DNA of 64,000 nt, taken from positions 544,001 through 608,000 of the forward strand of contig CAVVHE010000009.1 in assembly GCA_963748015.1 (NCBI GenBank). The letters run 5' to 3'. Position numbers and translations under genes: made by a program. Positions 1-11,600 of this stretch are shown piece by piece. The stretch is from Terriglobia bacterium (GTDB taxonomy: Bacteria > Acidobacteriota > Polarisedimenticolia > Polarisedimenticolales > JAIQFR01). The stretch's first letter is position 1. Each line of letters begins with the position of its first letter. The notes beneath the pieces are model-generated. The model saw nothing but the letters and a program-made list of their open reading frames with translations, had not been told where the DNA came from and ran no database searches.

Positions 1-1
1 G

Positions 2-877
2 CTCGCGGAGATCCGCGCGACCGACGCGAAGCGGGATCTCGAGACGAACGACCGCCTCTACAAGGAAGGGTACGTGTCCGACACCGAGATGAAGAACTTC
101 CGCGTGAAGTTCGACACCACCCTCGAGGACCTCGATGCGGCCAAGACCCGGATGCGCATCGTCCAGGAGAGCGGCATCCCGCTCGACAGCCAGATCTCCA
201 CGACCCAGCGGGTGAACATCGTCGCCCCGATGGAAGGGTACGTGATCAAGAAGAACGTCGAGGTGGGCCAGACGGTCACCTCCGGAATGTCCTCCTTCAA
301 CGAGGGGACGGTGATCTACACCGTCGCGGACCTCCAGTCCATGCTGATCAAGGCCTCGATCAACGAGGTGGACGTGGGGCGCGTGCGCCTCAAGATGCCG
401 GTCGTCATCACCGTGGACGCCTTCCCGTACCGCCGGTTCGAGGGGACGGTGACCCATATCTCGCCGGCGGCGCGCCTCAAGGACAAGGTGAAGGTGTTCG
501 ACGTCGAGGTCACCCTCAAGGAGCAGATCCCCGACTTCCGCGCGGGGATGACCGCGAACATCGAGGTGCGCGGCGACAAGGCCGACAAGGTGATGTCCGT
601 TCCCGCCGAGGCGGTGTTCAAGAAGAACGACCGCGAGATCGTGTACGTCCTGAAGAAGACCTTCGACGAGCCCAAGAAGGACGAGCGCAACCCGCGAAAG
701 ACCAAGTCGGGGAAGTACGACGTCTCCGACGTCTGGCAGCGCTTCTTCGACGAGCGGGAGATCAAGGTGGGGCTCGCCAGCCTGGAGCGGGCGCAGGTCG
801 TGAAGGGAATCGACGCCGGCGTCGAGGTCGCGCTCGAGGATCCGACGAAGCCGCGGCAGGTGGACGAGGAGAACTGA
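2..877 (+). CDS. MacA-like periplasmic adaptor (membrane fusion protein), 5'-truncated by window edge
   Basis: Frame is open from base 2. Motifs IVAPMEGYVIKKNVEVGQTV and INEVDVGRV...VDAFP. Lies directly upstream of a MacB-type ATPase and permeases. Confidence 0.9.
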   Translation, partial: LAEIRATDAKRDLETNDRLYKEGYVSDTEMKNFRVKFDTTLEDLDAAKTRMRIVQESGIPLDSQISTTQRVNIVAPMEGYVIKKNVEVGQTVTSGMSSFNEGTVIYTVADLQSMLIKASINEVDVGRVRLKMPVVITVDAFPYRRFEGTVTHISPAARLKDKVKVFDVEVTLKEQIPDFRAGMTANIEVRGDKADKVMSVPAEAVFKKNDREIVYVLKKTFDEPKKDERNPRKTKSGKYDVSDVWQRFFDEREIKVGLASLERAQVVKGIDAGVEVALEDPTKPRQVDEEN

Positions 878-879
878 CC

Positions 880-1611
880 GTGGCCGGCGCACCGTCCCAG
901 GGAGCCTCGAACGGCTCGATGATCCGCCTCGACGCGGTCCACAAGGTCTACGACGCGGGGGAGACCGCGGTCCACGCGCTGCGCGGGATCGACCTCGACA
1001 TCGGGCCGGGCGAGTACATCGCGCTGATGGGTCCGTCCGGCTCGGGCAAGTCCACCCTCATGCACATCCTGGGGTGTCTCGACGTGCCGTCGCAGGGGGA
1101 GTACTTCCTCGACGGGACGCCCGTCTCCAAGATGTCGTCGCGCGCCCTCGCGCGAATCCGGAACCAGAAGGTCGGCTTCGTCTTCCAGTCGTTCAACCTG
1201 CTCCCCCGCGCGACGATCGTCCGCAACGTCGAGCTGCCGATGCTCTACGCCGGCGAGGGGCGGCGGGAGCGGCGGGAGCGGGCGCTCGCCGCGCTCGAGC
1301 GGGTCGGCCTCGCCGAGCGGGCGAAGTCGCTTCCGACGCAGCTCTCGGGGGGCCAGAAGCAGAGGGTGGCCATCGCGCGCGCGCTGGTCAACAGCCCGCC
1401 GATCGTGCTGGCGGACGAGCCCACCGGCAATCTCGACTCGAAGACGGGGCAGGAGATCCTGCAGATCTTCGACGAGCTCCAGCGCCAGGGGCACACGGTC
1501 CTGCTCGTGACCCACGACTCGGCCATCGCCGCCCACGCGCACCGGATCGTGCGGATCGTGGACGGGCTGATCGAGAACGGCGCCGACGCCGCGGCCGGGG
1601 CGCCGTCGTGA
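880..1611 (+). CDS. ABC transporter ATP-binding protein (MacB/LolD type)
   Basis: Walker A GPSGSGKS, signature LSGGQKQR, Walker B LADEPTGNLD, VTHD. Alternative start ATG 919. Confidence 0.95.
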   Translation: MAGAPSQGASNGSMIRLDAVHKVYDAGETAVHALRGIDLDIGPGEYIALMGPSGSGKSTLMHILGCLDVPSQGEYFLDGTPVSKMSSRALARIRNQKVGFVFQSFNLLPRATIVRNVELPMLYAGEGRRERRERALAALERVGLAERAKSLPTQLSGGQKQRVAIARALVNSPPIVLADEPTGNLDSKTGQEILQIFDELQRQGHTVLLVTHDSAIAAHAHRIVRIVDGLIENGADAAAGAPS

Positions 1612-2840
1612 CGATCCACGAGTCCATCGTGGACGGCCTGGTGGACGTCCGCACGCACAAGCTCCGGACGTTCCTCCAGACCCTCGGGGTCGTCCTCGGG
1701 GTGGCGTCGCTCGTCGCGGTGCAGGGGCTCGCCGACTCCGGGCGGCGCCAGGCGACGCGCTTCTTCTCGGAGTTCGGTGGCCTGACCAAGCTGTTCGTCT
1801 CGAACCGCCCGTCGAAGGAAACCCTCGTCACCGCCCGCCAGCTCGCGAGCGCCGGGTTGACGTGGGACGACGTCCAGGCGATCAAGAAGGAGGTCACCTG
1901 GGCGAAGCTCGCGGACCCGGTCTTGCAGGAGCGGCTGACGGCCCGCTACGGCTCGTTCCAGAGGCGCATCGAGATCTCCGGCGTGACCCCGGACTACCCG
2001 GCGGTCTACAAGTTCTACCCGGCCCGCGGGAGGTTCGTGACCGAGGACGACATGGCGTCGCAGTCGCGCGTCGTCGTCCTGGGGGACACCGCCGCCCGCA
2101 CCTATTTCGGCAACGAGGACCCCCTGGGCAAGACGATCTACTTCGGCGACGTGGGGTTCACGGTGGTCGGGATCATGCGGCGGAAGGAGTTCTACTTCGG
2201 CGAGGAGAACCGCAACGCGCTGGAGTGGATGAACCGGATGACCTTCGTGCCGCTGACGACCATCTACTCGCGCTTCTCCGGCGACGACCGGAAGCGGGTG
2301 AACTACGCCAACGTCGTCGTGGACAAGGTCGCGAACAACCAGAAGGCCGCCGACGCGATCAAGACGGTCCTCTTCCGCCGCCACGGCGGGGTCCAGGACT
2401 TCGAGGTGTACAACCGCAGCGAGCGCCTCAAGCAGCAGCAGGAGCAGTCCCGGATGTTCGACGTGATCTTCCTGGTCACGGGGATCGTCTCCCTGATCGT
2501 CGGCGGCATCGTGATCATGAACATCATGCTCGCCTCGTTCCAGGAGCGGATCCGCGAGGTGGGGGTCCGCAAGGCGATCGGCGCCAAGGGGACCGACATT
2601 GCCGTCCAGTTCCTCGTGGAGGCGGTGCTCGTGACCTCGATCGGCGGCGCGGCGGGCCTGGTGCTGGGGGTCGGCTTCGCGAAGGCGATCACGGCGCTCC
2701 TCGGGCAGCCGGCGGTGATCACCGCCCGTATGGCGCTGATCGGCGTGTCGGCCTCCGTGCTCACCGGCCTGTTCTTCGGCCTCTACCCGGCGATCAAGGC
2801 CGCGCGACTCAACCCCGTGGACGCGCTGAGGTACGAATGA
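1608..2840 (+). CDS. ABC transporter permease (MacB/FtsX family)
   Basis: GTGA overlap with the ATPase stop. HKLRTFL N-terminus, GGIVIMNIML...ERIREVGVRKAIGA, and C-terminal YPAIKAARLNPVDALRYE. Confidence 0.93.
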   Translation: MTIHESIVDGLVDVRTHKLRTFLQTLGVVLGVASLVAVQGLADSGRRQATRFFSEFGGLTKLFVSNRPSKETLVTARQLASAGLTWDDVQAIKKEVTWAKLADPVLQERLTARYGSFQRRIEISGVTPDYPAVYKFYPARGRFVTEDDMASQSRVVVLGDTAARTYFGNEDPLGKTIYFGDVGFTVVGIMRRKEFYFGEENRNALEWMNRMTFVPLTTIYSRFSGDDRKRVNYANVVVDKVANNQKAADAIKTVLFRRHGGVQDFEVYNRSERLKQQQEQSRMFDVIFLVTGIVSLIVGGIVIMNIMLASFQERIREVGVRKAIGAKGTDIAVQFLVEAVLVTSIGGAAGLVLGVGFAKAITALLGQPAVITARMALIGVSASVLTGLFFGLYPAIKAARLNPVDALRYE

Positions 2841-4075
2841 ACCTCGGGGAGGTCCTTCGCACGGCGCTCGCCGAGATCCGGGCCCACAAGATGCGCTCGT
2901 CGCTGACCCTGCTCGGGATCATCCTGGGCACGCTGTCCATCGTCGTAATGACTTCGTTCCTCGACGGGATCGCGAACGCGGTCTGGCAGGGCTTCGGGGA
3001 CCTGGGCTACGACGGGGTCGTCTACGTGGTGAACCGCGAGGCGCGGGACCTGAGGGAAGCGGGGCTCTTCACCCGGTCCGAAGGGCTGATGCCGCGGGAC
3101 GTCGACGTCCTCCTCGCGCGGCGGGAGTTCGTGTCGTCCGCGGCGCCGTCCGTCTTCGACGAGCAGGTCGTCCGGCGCGGCTCCGAGGAGCGCAAGGCGC
3201 GGATCATGGGGGTCACCGCCGCGTACGCACGGGTGCGCGACCGCTCCCTCTCCGCCGGGCGGTTCATCGCGGACGCCGACGAGCGCGCGTTCGCGAGGGT
3301 CTGCGTGATCGGTTACCGGATGAAGAACCGGTTCTTCGGGTCCGAGGATCCGCTCGGCAAGTCCGTCACGGTCGCGGGACGGCCGTTCCGCGTGATCGGT
3401 GTCGGGAAGAAGCTGGGGAACGAGTTCGTGAACGACGACGAGTTCATCGAGGAGATGGAGGGGATGTACGTCCCCTTGAGCACGCTCCGGAAGTTCTACA
3501 CCGGAGAGGACTCGCCGGTCAGCTTCATCGCGGTCAAGACCGACAACCCGGAGAAGCTCGGGGCGCTCGTGGCCGAGGTCGTGGCGTCGCTCAGGATCGC
3601 GCACCGAGGCGCCCAGGATTTCCGCGTCCAGAACATCGCCCAGGAGATCGTCCAGGCCCGGGTCCGCGTCACCGACCTGATCCGGAACTGGAAGATCGTG
3701 ACGGGCACGATCGCGGCCATCTCGCTGCTCGTGGGCGGGATCGGCCTCATGTCGGTGATGCTGATCTCGATCTCGGAGCGCCTCTACGAGATCGGCCTCC
3801 GGAAGGCGATCGGCGCGTCCGACGTGGAGATCTTCCTGCAGTTCCTTCTCGAGGCGGTGATCCTCTCTCTCGTCGGCGGTTTTCTCGGGATGGGTGTGGG
3901 GGTCGGGATCACGAAGGCCGCCGCAGGCTTCTTCCCGTCGGGTCTCCCCATCCACCTCGGGGGCCTCGCCTCGGCACTCGGCATCGCGGTGTTGCTCGGG
4001 GTCCTCTACGGCATCTATCCCGCGGTCAAGGCTTCGCGTATGATGCCCGTGGACGCTCTCAGGGCGGCGGGGTAG
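2837..4075 (+). CDS. ABC transporter permease (MacB/FtsX family), second paralog
   Basis: ATGA overlap. HKMRSSLTLLGI, ERLYEIGLRKAIGA, YPAVKASRMMPVDALR. Confidence 0.93.
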   Translation: MNLGEVLRTALAEIRAHKMRSSLTLLGIILGTLSIVVMTSFLDGIANAVWQGFGDLGYDGVVYVVNREARDLREAGLFTRSEGLMPRDVDVLLARREFVSSAAPSVFDEQVVRRGSEERKARIMGVTAAYARVRDRSLSAGRFIADADERAFARVCVIGYRMKNRFFGSEDPLGKSVTVAGRPFRVIGVGKKLGNEFVNDDEFIEEMEGMYVPLSTLRKFYTGEDSPVSFIAVKTDNPEKLGALVAEVVASLRIAHRGAQDFRVQNIAQEIVQARVRVTDLIRNWKIVTGTIAAISLLVGGIGLMSVMLISISERLYEIGLRKAIGASDVEIFLQFLLEAVILSLVGGFLGMGVGVGITKAAAGFFPSGLPIHLGGLASALGIAVLLGVLYGIYPAVKASRMMPVDALRAAG

Positions 4076-4288
4076 GGCAGCCGGGGCGCCCGCGAAAGAC
4101 CCGGATCCTCTCCGGTTTTCCTTCGGTACTGAGATCGCTGCCACCTTCGCGTGGCGGGCGGTCTTACAGTGCTCTTCTTACCCGACCTGCAAATCGGAAG
4201 ATGCTCGACGAAGCGCCGCCGAGCGCCATGTCGACGAATTACAAAGGGTACGATTCTTGCAAATTCGATAGTTTGGGGAGGGGCAGAC

Positions 4289-4528
4289 ATGCGATATCCC
4301 GTCCTGCCTACGATCGACGGACCCACCGAGGCCTGGTGTGAGTTCTGTTCGAACCGCAACCTCCCGCCCGAATCGTCCTATTGCGCCGAATGCCGGCCGG
4401 CCCTGAACCGCTACCGCGAGGCCCTCGACCGCCGTCCCGCGCGCCGGCTCGCCCGCGCCTTCATGGGCTCGGCGGGCGCTTCCGCACCCCTCGCCTCCCG
4501 TACCGCCCCGCCCGCCCGCGAGAAATAA
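4289..4528 (+). CDS. Small hypothetical protein with two CxxC pairs (possible zinc ribbon)
   Basis: GGAGG RBS before ATG 4289. CEFC...CAEC in a 79-aa ORF. Confidence 0.45.
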   Translation: MRYPVLPTIDGPTEAWCEFCSNRNLPPESSYCAECRPALNRYREALDRRPARRLARAFMGSAGASAPLASRTAPPAREK

Positions 4529-4624
4529 CCGCCGTCCGCCCGGTTCAGCGCGGGGCGGAGTCCGGTCACCCGCGCCGCGCCAATCGCGCGGCCCAGGCGC
4601 GACGAGCGGCAGGGCGGGTATCCT

Positions 4625-5572
4625 GTGCCGCCTATGACCTGGCTCCGCGCTTCCCGCTCCCTTCTCCTCACGGGCCTGGCCGACGTGTGGGACGCCGCGC
4701 GCGAGCGCGCAAGGGACGGTGGCGAGGGGTTCGGGCTGTTCCTCATGGTGGTCTCGGCGGCGTGCTTCGCGGCGATGGCGGCGTTCGCGAAGAAGCTGCT
4801 CCCGGACGCCCCGATCCAGGCGGTGGTCTTCTCGCGCGGCGTGATGATGTCCGCGATCTTCGTCGCCGCGGCGCGTTGGCAGGGGGCTCCGATCGTCGGC
4901 AAGCGGCCCGGGGTGCTCCTCCTGCGGGGCCTCCTCGGCTACGCCGCGCTCTCCTGCTACTTCTTCTCGGTCCAGCACCTGCCGCTCGGCGACGCGGTCC
5001 TCCTGCAGTACAGCCATCCCGTCTTCGTGGCCGCGGTCGCCCCGCTCTTCCTCGGCGAGCGGACGGCCGGGAGCCAGTGGCTCCTGATCGTCGCCGCGCT
5101 CGCGGGGGTGGCGCTCGTCGTCCGCCCGGCGGGGGAGGTGCGACCCGAGGCGCTGGTCGGGGTCCTGGGCTCGATGCTCTCGGGGCTCGCCTACATCGCG
5201 GTGCGAAAGCTCTCGAGGACCGAGCACCCGATGACGATCCTGCTCTGGTTCCCGCTCGCGACGGTTCCGTTCTCGCTCGTCGCGACGCTCTCCGCCGGCC
5301 GCGCCGCGATTCCGAAGAACGGCCGGGAGGTGGCCGGCCACCTGCTCGTGACCGCCGCGGCGCTCGTCGGGCAGCTCGCGCTGACCCACGGCCTCGCCCG
5401 CGTCGGCGCCGCCCGCGCGACCGCCGTCACGCTCACCGGCCCGGTGTTCGGCCTCGCCCTCGGCTTCTTCCTCTTCGGGACCGTCCCCACCGCCGTCTCC
5501 CTCGCGGGGACGGTCGTCGTCCTGACCGCGCTCGCCCTCCTCGGCCGCAGCGGGCGTCGCGCGAGAACCTGA
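4625..5572 (+). CDS. DMT/EamA family transporter
   Basis: About 10 hydrophobic segments and LLLRGLLG...LPLGDAVLLQYSHPVF...LFLGER. Start uncertain. Confidence 0.88.
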   Translation: MPPMTWLRASRSLLLTGLADVWDAARERARDGGEGFGLFLMVVSAACFAAMAAFAKKLLPDAPIQAVVFSRGVMMSAIFVAAARWQGAPIVGKRPGVLLLRGLLGYAALSCYFFSVQHLPLGDAVLLQYSHPVFVAAVAPLFLGERTAGSQWLLIVAALAGVALVVRPAGEVRPEALVGVLGSMLSGLAYIAVRKLSRTEHPMTILLWFPLATVPFSLVATLSAGRAAIPKNGREVAGHLLVTAAALVGQLALTHGLARVGAARATAVTLTGPVFGLALGFFLFGTVPTAVSLAGTVVVLTALALLGRSGRRART

Positions 5573-5691
5573 CGGGGCCTGCTCCCGCCCCGAACCCTTG
5601 CCCCGGCGTCCTGGTTGATTTCGCCTTTCCATTCCGTGTCTAATGGCGGGCCTGGACCTGTACATTTCGGCCGGGAGAGGAGCGCACGACC

Positions 5692-7101
5692 ATGAGCCGT
5701 CCTTCGATGAGAATCCGTGGAGTGGTCGCGGCAGCGGCACTTCTGGCCTTTCTGTCCGTGCCGTCCGCCGTCGCGGAGGACAAGGCGGCGAACGACGAGA
5801 TCGGCGTCCAACTCGGCGCCGGACAGGTCAACTCGGAGATGAGGGGCCCCGAAGGAAGCGGGGTCGGTCCCGTCCTGGACGTGCGCTGGGGGCACGAGTT
5901 CACCGATTCCATCGGCATCGCCGCGGATCTCCTGTGGGGCGCGGCTTACACCGGCGATTCGGACTACGGCAACTGGGCGGAGATGTCGGTCGGCGGGAAC
6001 ATGGACTGGTTCTTCGGCAGGGGGGCCCGGACGCGGTGGTTCCTGAGTCCGGGGGTCGGCTGGACCCAGTTCTCCCCGGACGCGGGCACGACCGTGAGCC
6101 GAGGTTTCGTTTCGCTGGCACTCGGGCAGAAAATCTGGCCGGGCGACCCGGATGCGAACCTGCGGTGGTCCATTCGCGTCGATAAGACGCTCGGGACGAA
6201 CGGCTTCGACGGCGCCGATGTCCTCACCGTCAAGGCGCTGGTCGGCGCCTCGTTCGGTTTCGGCGGGCCGCCGCCGGACGACGACGCCGATGGAGTGCCC
6301 AACCGCAAGGACAAGTGTCCCAATACCCCCGCCGGGGCGACGGTGGACGCGAAGGGGTGTCCGAGCGACTCGGACGGCGACGGCGTCTTCGACGGCATCG
6401 ACGATTGCCCCGGAACGACCGCCGGCTGGCCCGTGGACGCCAAGGGCTGCCCGAAGGACTCGGACGGCGACGGCGTGGCCGACGGAAAGGACAAGTGCCC
6501 CGACACTCCCAAGGGTGCGACGGTGGACGCGGACGGCTGCCCGAAGGACTCGGACGGTGACGGGGTCTTCGACGGGCTCGACCGCTGCGCCGCCACGCCG
6601 AAGGGGGCGAAGGTGGGCGCCGACGGCTGTCCGCTGGACGCGGACGGCGACGGGGTCTTCGACGGGATCGATCGCTGCCCCGACACGCCGAAGGGAACCA
6701 AGGTGGATGCCGCCGGGTGCCCGGCGGTGGTGAAGGCGGCTCCGCTCTTCACCCCCGAGAAGAAGTCCCTCGTCCTCGAGGGAGTGAACTTCGACCACGA
6801 CAGCTCGACGCTGACCCCGAGCTCGCTCGCCGTTCTCGACGGGGTCGCGGCGTCGCTTCGGGACTGGCCCGAGGTGCGCGTGGAGATCGGCGGCCACACG
6901 GATTCCAGCGGCTCGGACTCTTACAACCAGAAGCTCTCGGAGCAACGCGCGGCGTCGGTCCGAGACTACCTGGCCTCCAAGGGGATCGATGCCTCGCGGA
7001 TGACGGTCAAGGGGTACGGGGAGTCGAAGCCGATCACGGACAACGCGACGGACAAGGGCAAGGCGACGAACCGGCGCGTGGAGCTGACCCGGCTGGACTG
7101 A
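5692..7101 (+). CDS. OmpA family protein with N-terminal beta-barrel and Ca-binding (TSP type-3-like) repeats
   Basis: Signal peptide, five DxDGDGV-D-D-CP repeats, and OmpA C-domain GGHTDSSG...NQKLSEQRA...GYGESKP...NRRVE. Confidence 0.93.
   Translation: MSRPSMRIRGVVAAAALLAFLSVPSAVAEDKAANDEIGVQLGAGQVNSEMRGPEGSGVGPVLDVRWGHEFTDSIGIAADLLWGAAYTGDSDYGNWAEMSVGGNMDWFFGRGARTRWFLSPGVGWTQFSPDAGTTVSRGFVSLALGQKIWPGDPDANLRWSIRVDKTLGTNGFDGADVLTVKALVGASFGFGGPPPDDDADGVPNRKDKCPNTPAGATVDAKGCPSDSDGDGVFDGIDDCPGTTAGWPVDAKGCPKDSDGDGVADGKDKCPDTPKGATVDADGCPKDSDGDGVFDGLDRCAATPKGAKVGADGCPLDADGDGVFDGIDRCPDTPKGTKVDAAGCPAVVKAAPLFTPEKKSLVLEGVNFDHDSSTLTPSSLAVLDGVAASLRDWPEVRVEIGGHTDSSGSDSYNQKLSEQRAASVRDYLASKGIDASRMTVKGYGESKPITDNATDKGKATNRRVELTRLD
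6277..6723 (+). repeat. Five ~90-bp intragenic repeats encoding DxDGDGVxDxxDxCPxTPxGxxVDxxGCP
   Basis: Directly visible in the translation. Confidence 0.9.
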
Positions 7102-7152
7102 CGAGACGACGCGATCGGAACGAAGCGGCTCGCGGCGCCGCCCGCGCGACCG

Positions 7153-10100
7153 CTACCTGATCACGAAGTCCACCCGGCTGTCGGAGAGCTTGGCGTTCTT
7201 CTCGGGGGCGAGGGTCTTCGGCTCGAGGAGGAAGATCCGCTCGGGCTCTACGCGGCCGGGGGCGAGGAGGGCGTCCTTCGCCGCCTGGGCCCGCTGCATC
7301 GCGAGCTGCCGCAGATCGGACTCACCGACCTCGATGTGCGTGAGCATGAGCTTCTCCATCTCGGGCGCGGGGAGCTCCTTCGCGATGCCGACGAAGTTCC
7401 GCGGCTTGGGGAACTTCTCCTTCTTGTACGCCTTCGCCAGGTAGTCGGCGTACTCCTCCGGGGCGATCGCCACGTCGTCCACGGGAACCGGCGGCGCCCC
7501 CTGCTTCACGAGGTACGCGAGCTTCTGCGTCTTGACCTTCCTCTCGAACAGGAGGCGCCGCAGCCCCTCGCGGTCCTTCTCGGGATCCGCGTGCCCCGTG
7601 ATCTCGAGCTTCAGCGCGGGGCGGTCGTAGAGCGCCTTCTCGAGCGACTCGATCTTCGACGTCGCGCCGGCGTCGAGGGCCGCCCGGCCTTCCGCGAACT
7701 CGAGGTAGCTCAGTTCCTCCCCGCCGCCGCCGAGCGCCTTGAAGAGCGCGAACGGCGACGTGGCGACCTTCACCAGGAGGTTGCGGACGATCTTCCACAC
7801 GACGCGCCAGACGCTGAACCTGGGGTCGTCGAGCGAGCCCTTCACGGGGATGTCCAGGTGGATCTCGCCGTTCCTGTCCTTGAGAAGCGAGACCGCGAGC
7901 CTGACCGGGAGGCTCGTGGCATCCTCGCTCTCGACCTTCTGTCCGAACGTGAACTGGTCGAGGAAGAGCTTGTTGGTGGCGTCGAGCTTCCCGTCCTCGA
8001 TGCGGTAGCTCACGTCCATCGCGAGCTTCCCCTTCTCGATGGAGTATCCCGCGTACTTGCCGGAATAGGGACTGAACGAGCTCATCTCGATGTCGCGGAC
8101 GGCCCCCTTGATGTCGGCGAAGAGGTTTCCGCGGAGCGGGTTGATCTTGCCGGTGATGTCCAGCGGGGCCTGGTGGTCGAGTTTTCCCTTGAGGTCCACG
8201 TCCGCGGTCGTGCTCGCTTCGGACGAGAGGCCCGAGATCCTGCCGCCGATCTCGGTGAGATTCGCGACGTAGTTCGGCTTCACGAAGTTATCGGAGAAGT
8301 TGATCGTGCCGCCCTGGAGCGTCACGCGATCGATCGAGATCGGAGGCGGGGGCGAGGCCGGCGAGGCCGGCGGTGGCGCCACCGGCTCCGCGGGCGGCGC
8401 CTCGGTCTCCTCCACCCCCTCCTCTCCCTCCCCGGCTGACGGCGGGACGGCCTCCGCCCCCGTGATCCGCTGCAGGTTGAGTGTCCCGTCGGGGTACACG
8501 GCGACGCGAGAGTAGAAGTCCGTCAGCGCGGCCTCCGCGATTCGGACGGCGAAGGGCTCGGTGGCCGCCTCGATCCCGGACAGGTAGAGCGACTCCCACT
8601 TCAGGAAGTCCTCGCCGTTGGCGAGGTCGGTGGTCGCGAGCTTGGTCACGGACGCGGTTCCCGAGTACACGGCGCGGATCGCGCCGGCCGGCCCCGGGGC
8701 GAGGTCGAGCTTCCCCTTGGCCGACGCGGCGCCGCTCGTCATGTCGAGGTGAAGGACGCTCTCGACGTACGGCTGCAGCGGGACGAGGTCGATCCCGCGG
8801 GCGTCGAGGGCGACGCTCGCGAAGACCGGGGTCAGGCCGACGCTTCCGTTCGCGGAGAGCGTTCCGGAGGGGCCGATCTTCAGCTTGAGCGATCCGCTGC
8901 CCCGGCTCCCCTCCGCGGTCGAGAGGTTCTCCGCCGCGAGCGAGATCCCGTCGGACACGATGGAAACCGGCTGCCCGGTGGTCGTGTCGTCCCATTTCAT
9001 CGCGTAGCGGTCGAGGGCGACCTTCGCAACCTCCACGCTCCAGCCGGCCTCGACGGCGGCCGTCGTTGCCGCCGCCGCGGGCTCTCCCGGAGCCGGCTCC
9101 GGCGCCGCGGCGCCCGCGGGGATCGGCTCCCGCCTCAGGAACAGTCTGCCGCCCGAGGAGGAGAACCGGCCGATCGCGACCGCGCGCTTCGCGACGTCGA
9201 CACTCGCGTCCTCGACGGCGGCCTCCTGCACCCGCAGGAGGTCGTCCCTGGGCCGGCCCTTCTCGCGAAGCCGCAGCGAGACGAGCTTCGCGCCGAGTCC
9301 GGAGATCGAGAACCCCTCGGCCGCGTAGCGGTAGCGCGCGGAGACGTCGAGTACCCCGTCCTCCACGGCGACGGCCACGCTCGAGGCGTAGTACGGGGCG
9401 TAGCGCTTCAGCGGGACTCCCTTGACCTCGAGCGTCCCCTCGGCCGAGAGGGGATCGAGCGTCACGCTGCCGGAATGCGAGATCGACTCGCCCGCGTCGC
9501 TGCGCAACGACGCCTCGACGGCGGCGGCCTTCGAGGGAGCGGTGCTGAAGTGCCGGATCGTCGCGTCGACGGGATCGAGGGTGGCCGTGAAGGTGGGCGC
9601 GACGGTCTCGTCGGCGAGGAAGACCCGCCCGCCCGCGACGCGCGCCTCGTCCACCTCGAGCTCGAACGCGGTCTTGGTCTCGCCGGGCGGGACGAGCGCC
9701 GTGAGGTTGAGGCTCCGGTCCGTCGCGAGGCGGGGGTGAACCTCGGGAGCGTCGAGGCGAAGGCTCTCCACCCGCGCCTTCCCGCCGAACACGTCGAAGG
9801 CGGCGAGGACGACCTCGACGCCGGGAAGCGTGAGCAGCGGGGCGCCGCTCTCGTCCTCGATCGCCAGGTTCGTCACCTTCGCGCGCCCGGACACGACGAG
9901 CGCCGACACCGATCGCTGGCGGCGAACGAACGAGACGGAGGCCTTTGTGCTGAACCGGCCGGAGACGATCTTCGCCTTCGTCTCGAGCGGCAGGTACTCG
10001 AGGTAGTAGGGGATGTCGAGGTCGTCGAGGCTCAACTCGAAGACCGACTCGCGCGAGTCCTTGAACGGCTTGGACTTCCCCTTCGAGACGAGCGGCGTGC

Positions 10101-10719
10101 CGTTGAACTTCGCCTCGAACGAGGGCTCCACGTACTCGTCGAGAGCGTAGGAGAGGTTCGAAACGAACGGGATGGCGAGTGCCAAGTCGCGGACGGTGTG
10201 GCGCTTCTTCGTCGGACGGTCGTCGAAATCGAGGTTGCCTCCCTCGACCCGGATGTTGTTGAAGGAGTACCGCAGCGGCTTCGAGGGCTCGGCCGGGGCG
10301 GGGGCGGGGGACGGCGGGGCGAGGAGGTCGGAGAAGTTGTAGGTCAGGTCCTCGTTGCGGACGATCGTCACCTTGGGGCCGCGTAGCGTGACCTCCCGGA
10401 CGACCGGCGCCATGCGGAACAGGGACGCGAGCTGGAAGTTCGCGTAAAGCCGGTCGAGCGAGACGAACTCCCCGGCGCCTTCGCGGTCTCCGATCGCGAG
10501 GCCGTCGATCGTCACGGAGAGCATGAACGGGTTCGCGCGCACCTTCTGGACCGATACCGGCCTGTGGAGCGGCGCGGACAGCCGACGCTCGAGCTGCAAC
10601 TTCAGGATCGACGGGAGCGCGAGGAAGCCGAGGCCGGCGTAGACGACGATCACGACGGCGACGACGACGAGGGCCTTCCTGAATCCGGGCTTCCTGGCGG
10701 ACGAGACGATATCCATCAC
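7153..10719 (-). CDS. DUF748 domain-containing protein (AsmA-like)
   Basis: N-terminal [63 protein letters not shown]. Confidence 0.88.
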   Translation of the reverse strand: MMDIVSSARKPGFRKALVVVAVVIVVYAGLGFLALPSILKLQLERRLSAPLHRPVSVQKVRANPFMLSVTIDGLAIGDREGAGEFVSLDRLYANFQLASLFRMAPVVREVTLRGPKVTIVRNEDLTYNFSDLLAPPSPAPAPAEPSKPLRYSFNNIRVEGGNLDFDDRPTKKRHTVRDLALAIPFVSNLSYALDEYVEPSFEAKFNGTPLVSKGKSKPFKDSRESVFELSLDDLDIPYYLEYLPLETKAKIVSGRFSTKASVSFVRRQRSVSALVVSGRAKVTNLAIEDESGAPLLTLPGVEVVLAAFDVFGGKARVESLRLDAPEVHPRLATDRSLNLTALVPPGETKTAFELEVDEARVAGGRVFLADETVAPTFTATLDPVDATIRHFSTAPSKAAAVEASLRSDAGESISHSGSVTLDPLSAEGTLEVKGVPLKRYAPYYASSVAVAVEDGVLDVSARYRYAAEGFSISGLGAKLVSLRLREKGRPRDDLLRVQEAAVEDASVDVAKRAVAIGRFSSSGGRLFLRREPIPAGAAAPEPAPGEPAAAATTAAVEAGWSVEVAKVALDRYAMKWDDTTTGQPVSIVSDGISLAAENLSTAEGSRGSGSLKLKIGPSGTLSANGSVGLTPVFASVALDARGIDLVPLQPYVESVLHLDMTSGAASAKGKLDLAPGPAGAIRAVYSGTASVTKLATTDLANGEDFLKWESLYLSGIEAATEPFAVRIAEAALTDFYSRVAVYPDGTLNLQRITGAEAVPPSAGEGEEGVEETEAPPAEPVAPPPASPASPPPPISIDRVTLQGGTINFSDNFVKPNYVANLTEIGGRISGLSSEASTTADVDLKGKLDHQAPLDITGKINPLRGNLFADIKGAVRDIEMSSFSPYSGKYAGYSIEKGKLAMDVSYRIEDGKLDATNKLFLDQFTFGQKVESEDATSLPVRLAVSLLKDRNGEIHLDIPVKGSLDDPRFSVWRVVWKIVRNLLVKVATSPFALFKALGGGGEELSYLEFAEGRAALDAGATSKIESLEKALYDRPALKLEITGHADPEKDREGLRRLLFERKVKTQKLAYLVKQGAPPVPVDDVAIAPEEYADYLAKAYKKEKFPKPRNFVGIAKELPAPEMEKLMLTHIEVGESDLRQLAMQRAQAAKDALLAPGRVEPERIFLLEPKTLAPEKNAKLSDSRVDFVIR

Positions 10720-10835
10720 GGGGACCTCCGAGGGTCGGGGGACGATTATCGCGCTATCCGCCCGATGGGGTATCCGTTATGATCGCCCCGTCCCTCGGGG
10801 CGACGGTGCCCCGGGTTTCGTCGGAGGGGGTCCCC

Positions 10836-11558
10836 ATGAGCATGGCGAAGAAGGCGGGAGCGGAGTTCATCGGCACCTTCTGGCTCGTCTTCGGAGGCTG
10901 CGGCAGCGCAGTGCTGGCCGCGAAGTTCTTCGGCAAGTTCGAGGATGGCCAAGCCTTCAACTTCGGGATCGCATTCCTCGGCGTGGCCCTCGCCTTCGGC
11001 CTGACCGTTCTCACCATGGCCTACGCGATCGGGCACATCTCGGGGTGCCACTTGAACCCCGCCGTCTCCCTCGGCCTCTGGGCGGGAGGCCGTTTCCCCG
11101 CATCGGACCTGCTCCCGTACGTCGCCGCGCAACTCGCGGGGGGGATCGCCGCCGCCGGCACGCTCTACTTCATCGCGAGCGGCAAGGCGGGGTGGGAGAT
11201 CTCGGGCGGGTTCGCGTTGAACGGCTACGGCGCGCACTCGCCGGGAGGCTTCACGCTCCCGTCGGCATTCGCGACCGAGCTCCTGCTCACCTTCATGTTC
11301 CTGATCATCATCCTCGGCGCCACGGACCCGCGCGCGCCGAAGGGGCTCGCGCCGATTGCCATCGGCCTTGGGCTCACGCTGATCCACCTGATCAGCATCC
11401 CGGTCACCAACACCTCCGTGAACCCCGCCCGCAGCACGGGCCCCGCGATCTTCGCCGGGGGCTGGGCCTTGCAGCAGCTCTGGCTGTTCTGGATCGCGCC
11501 GATCGCCGGTGCCGTCATCGCCGGGGCGGTCTACCGCTGGCTGGGGAGCGAGGACTAG
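10836..11558 (+). CDS. aqpZ: Aquaporin Z
   Basis: [18 protein letters not shown] and two NPA motifs (HLNPAV, SVNPARS). GGAGG RBS. Confidence 0.95.
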   Translation: MSMAKKAGAEFIGTFWLVFGGCGSAVLAAKFFGKFEDGQAFNFGIAFLGVALAFGLTVLTMAYAIGHISGCHLNPAVSLGLWAGGRFPASDLLPYVAAQLAGGIAAAGTLYFIASGKAGWEISGGFALNGYGAHSPGGFTLPSAFATELLLTFMFLIIILGATDPRAPKGLAPIAIGLGLTLIHLISIPVTNTSVNPARSTGPAIFAGGWALQQLWLFWIAPIAGAVIAGAVYRWLGSED

Positions 11559-11600
11559 CGCGGGTTGGGCCGCCGGACCCCTCCCCGCGAAGGGTCCGGG

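Noticed and set aside
6277..6723. Regular 90-bp repeats as a CRISPR array
   Set aside because: They are in-frame protein repeats of OmpA, degenerate at third positions, with no unique spacers and no cas genes.
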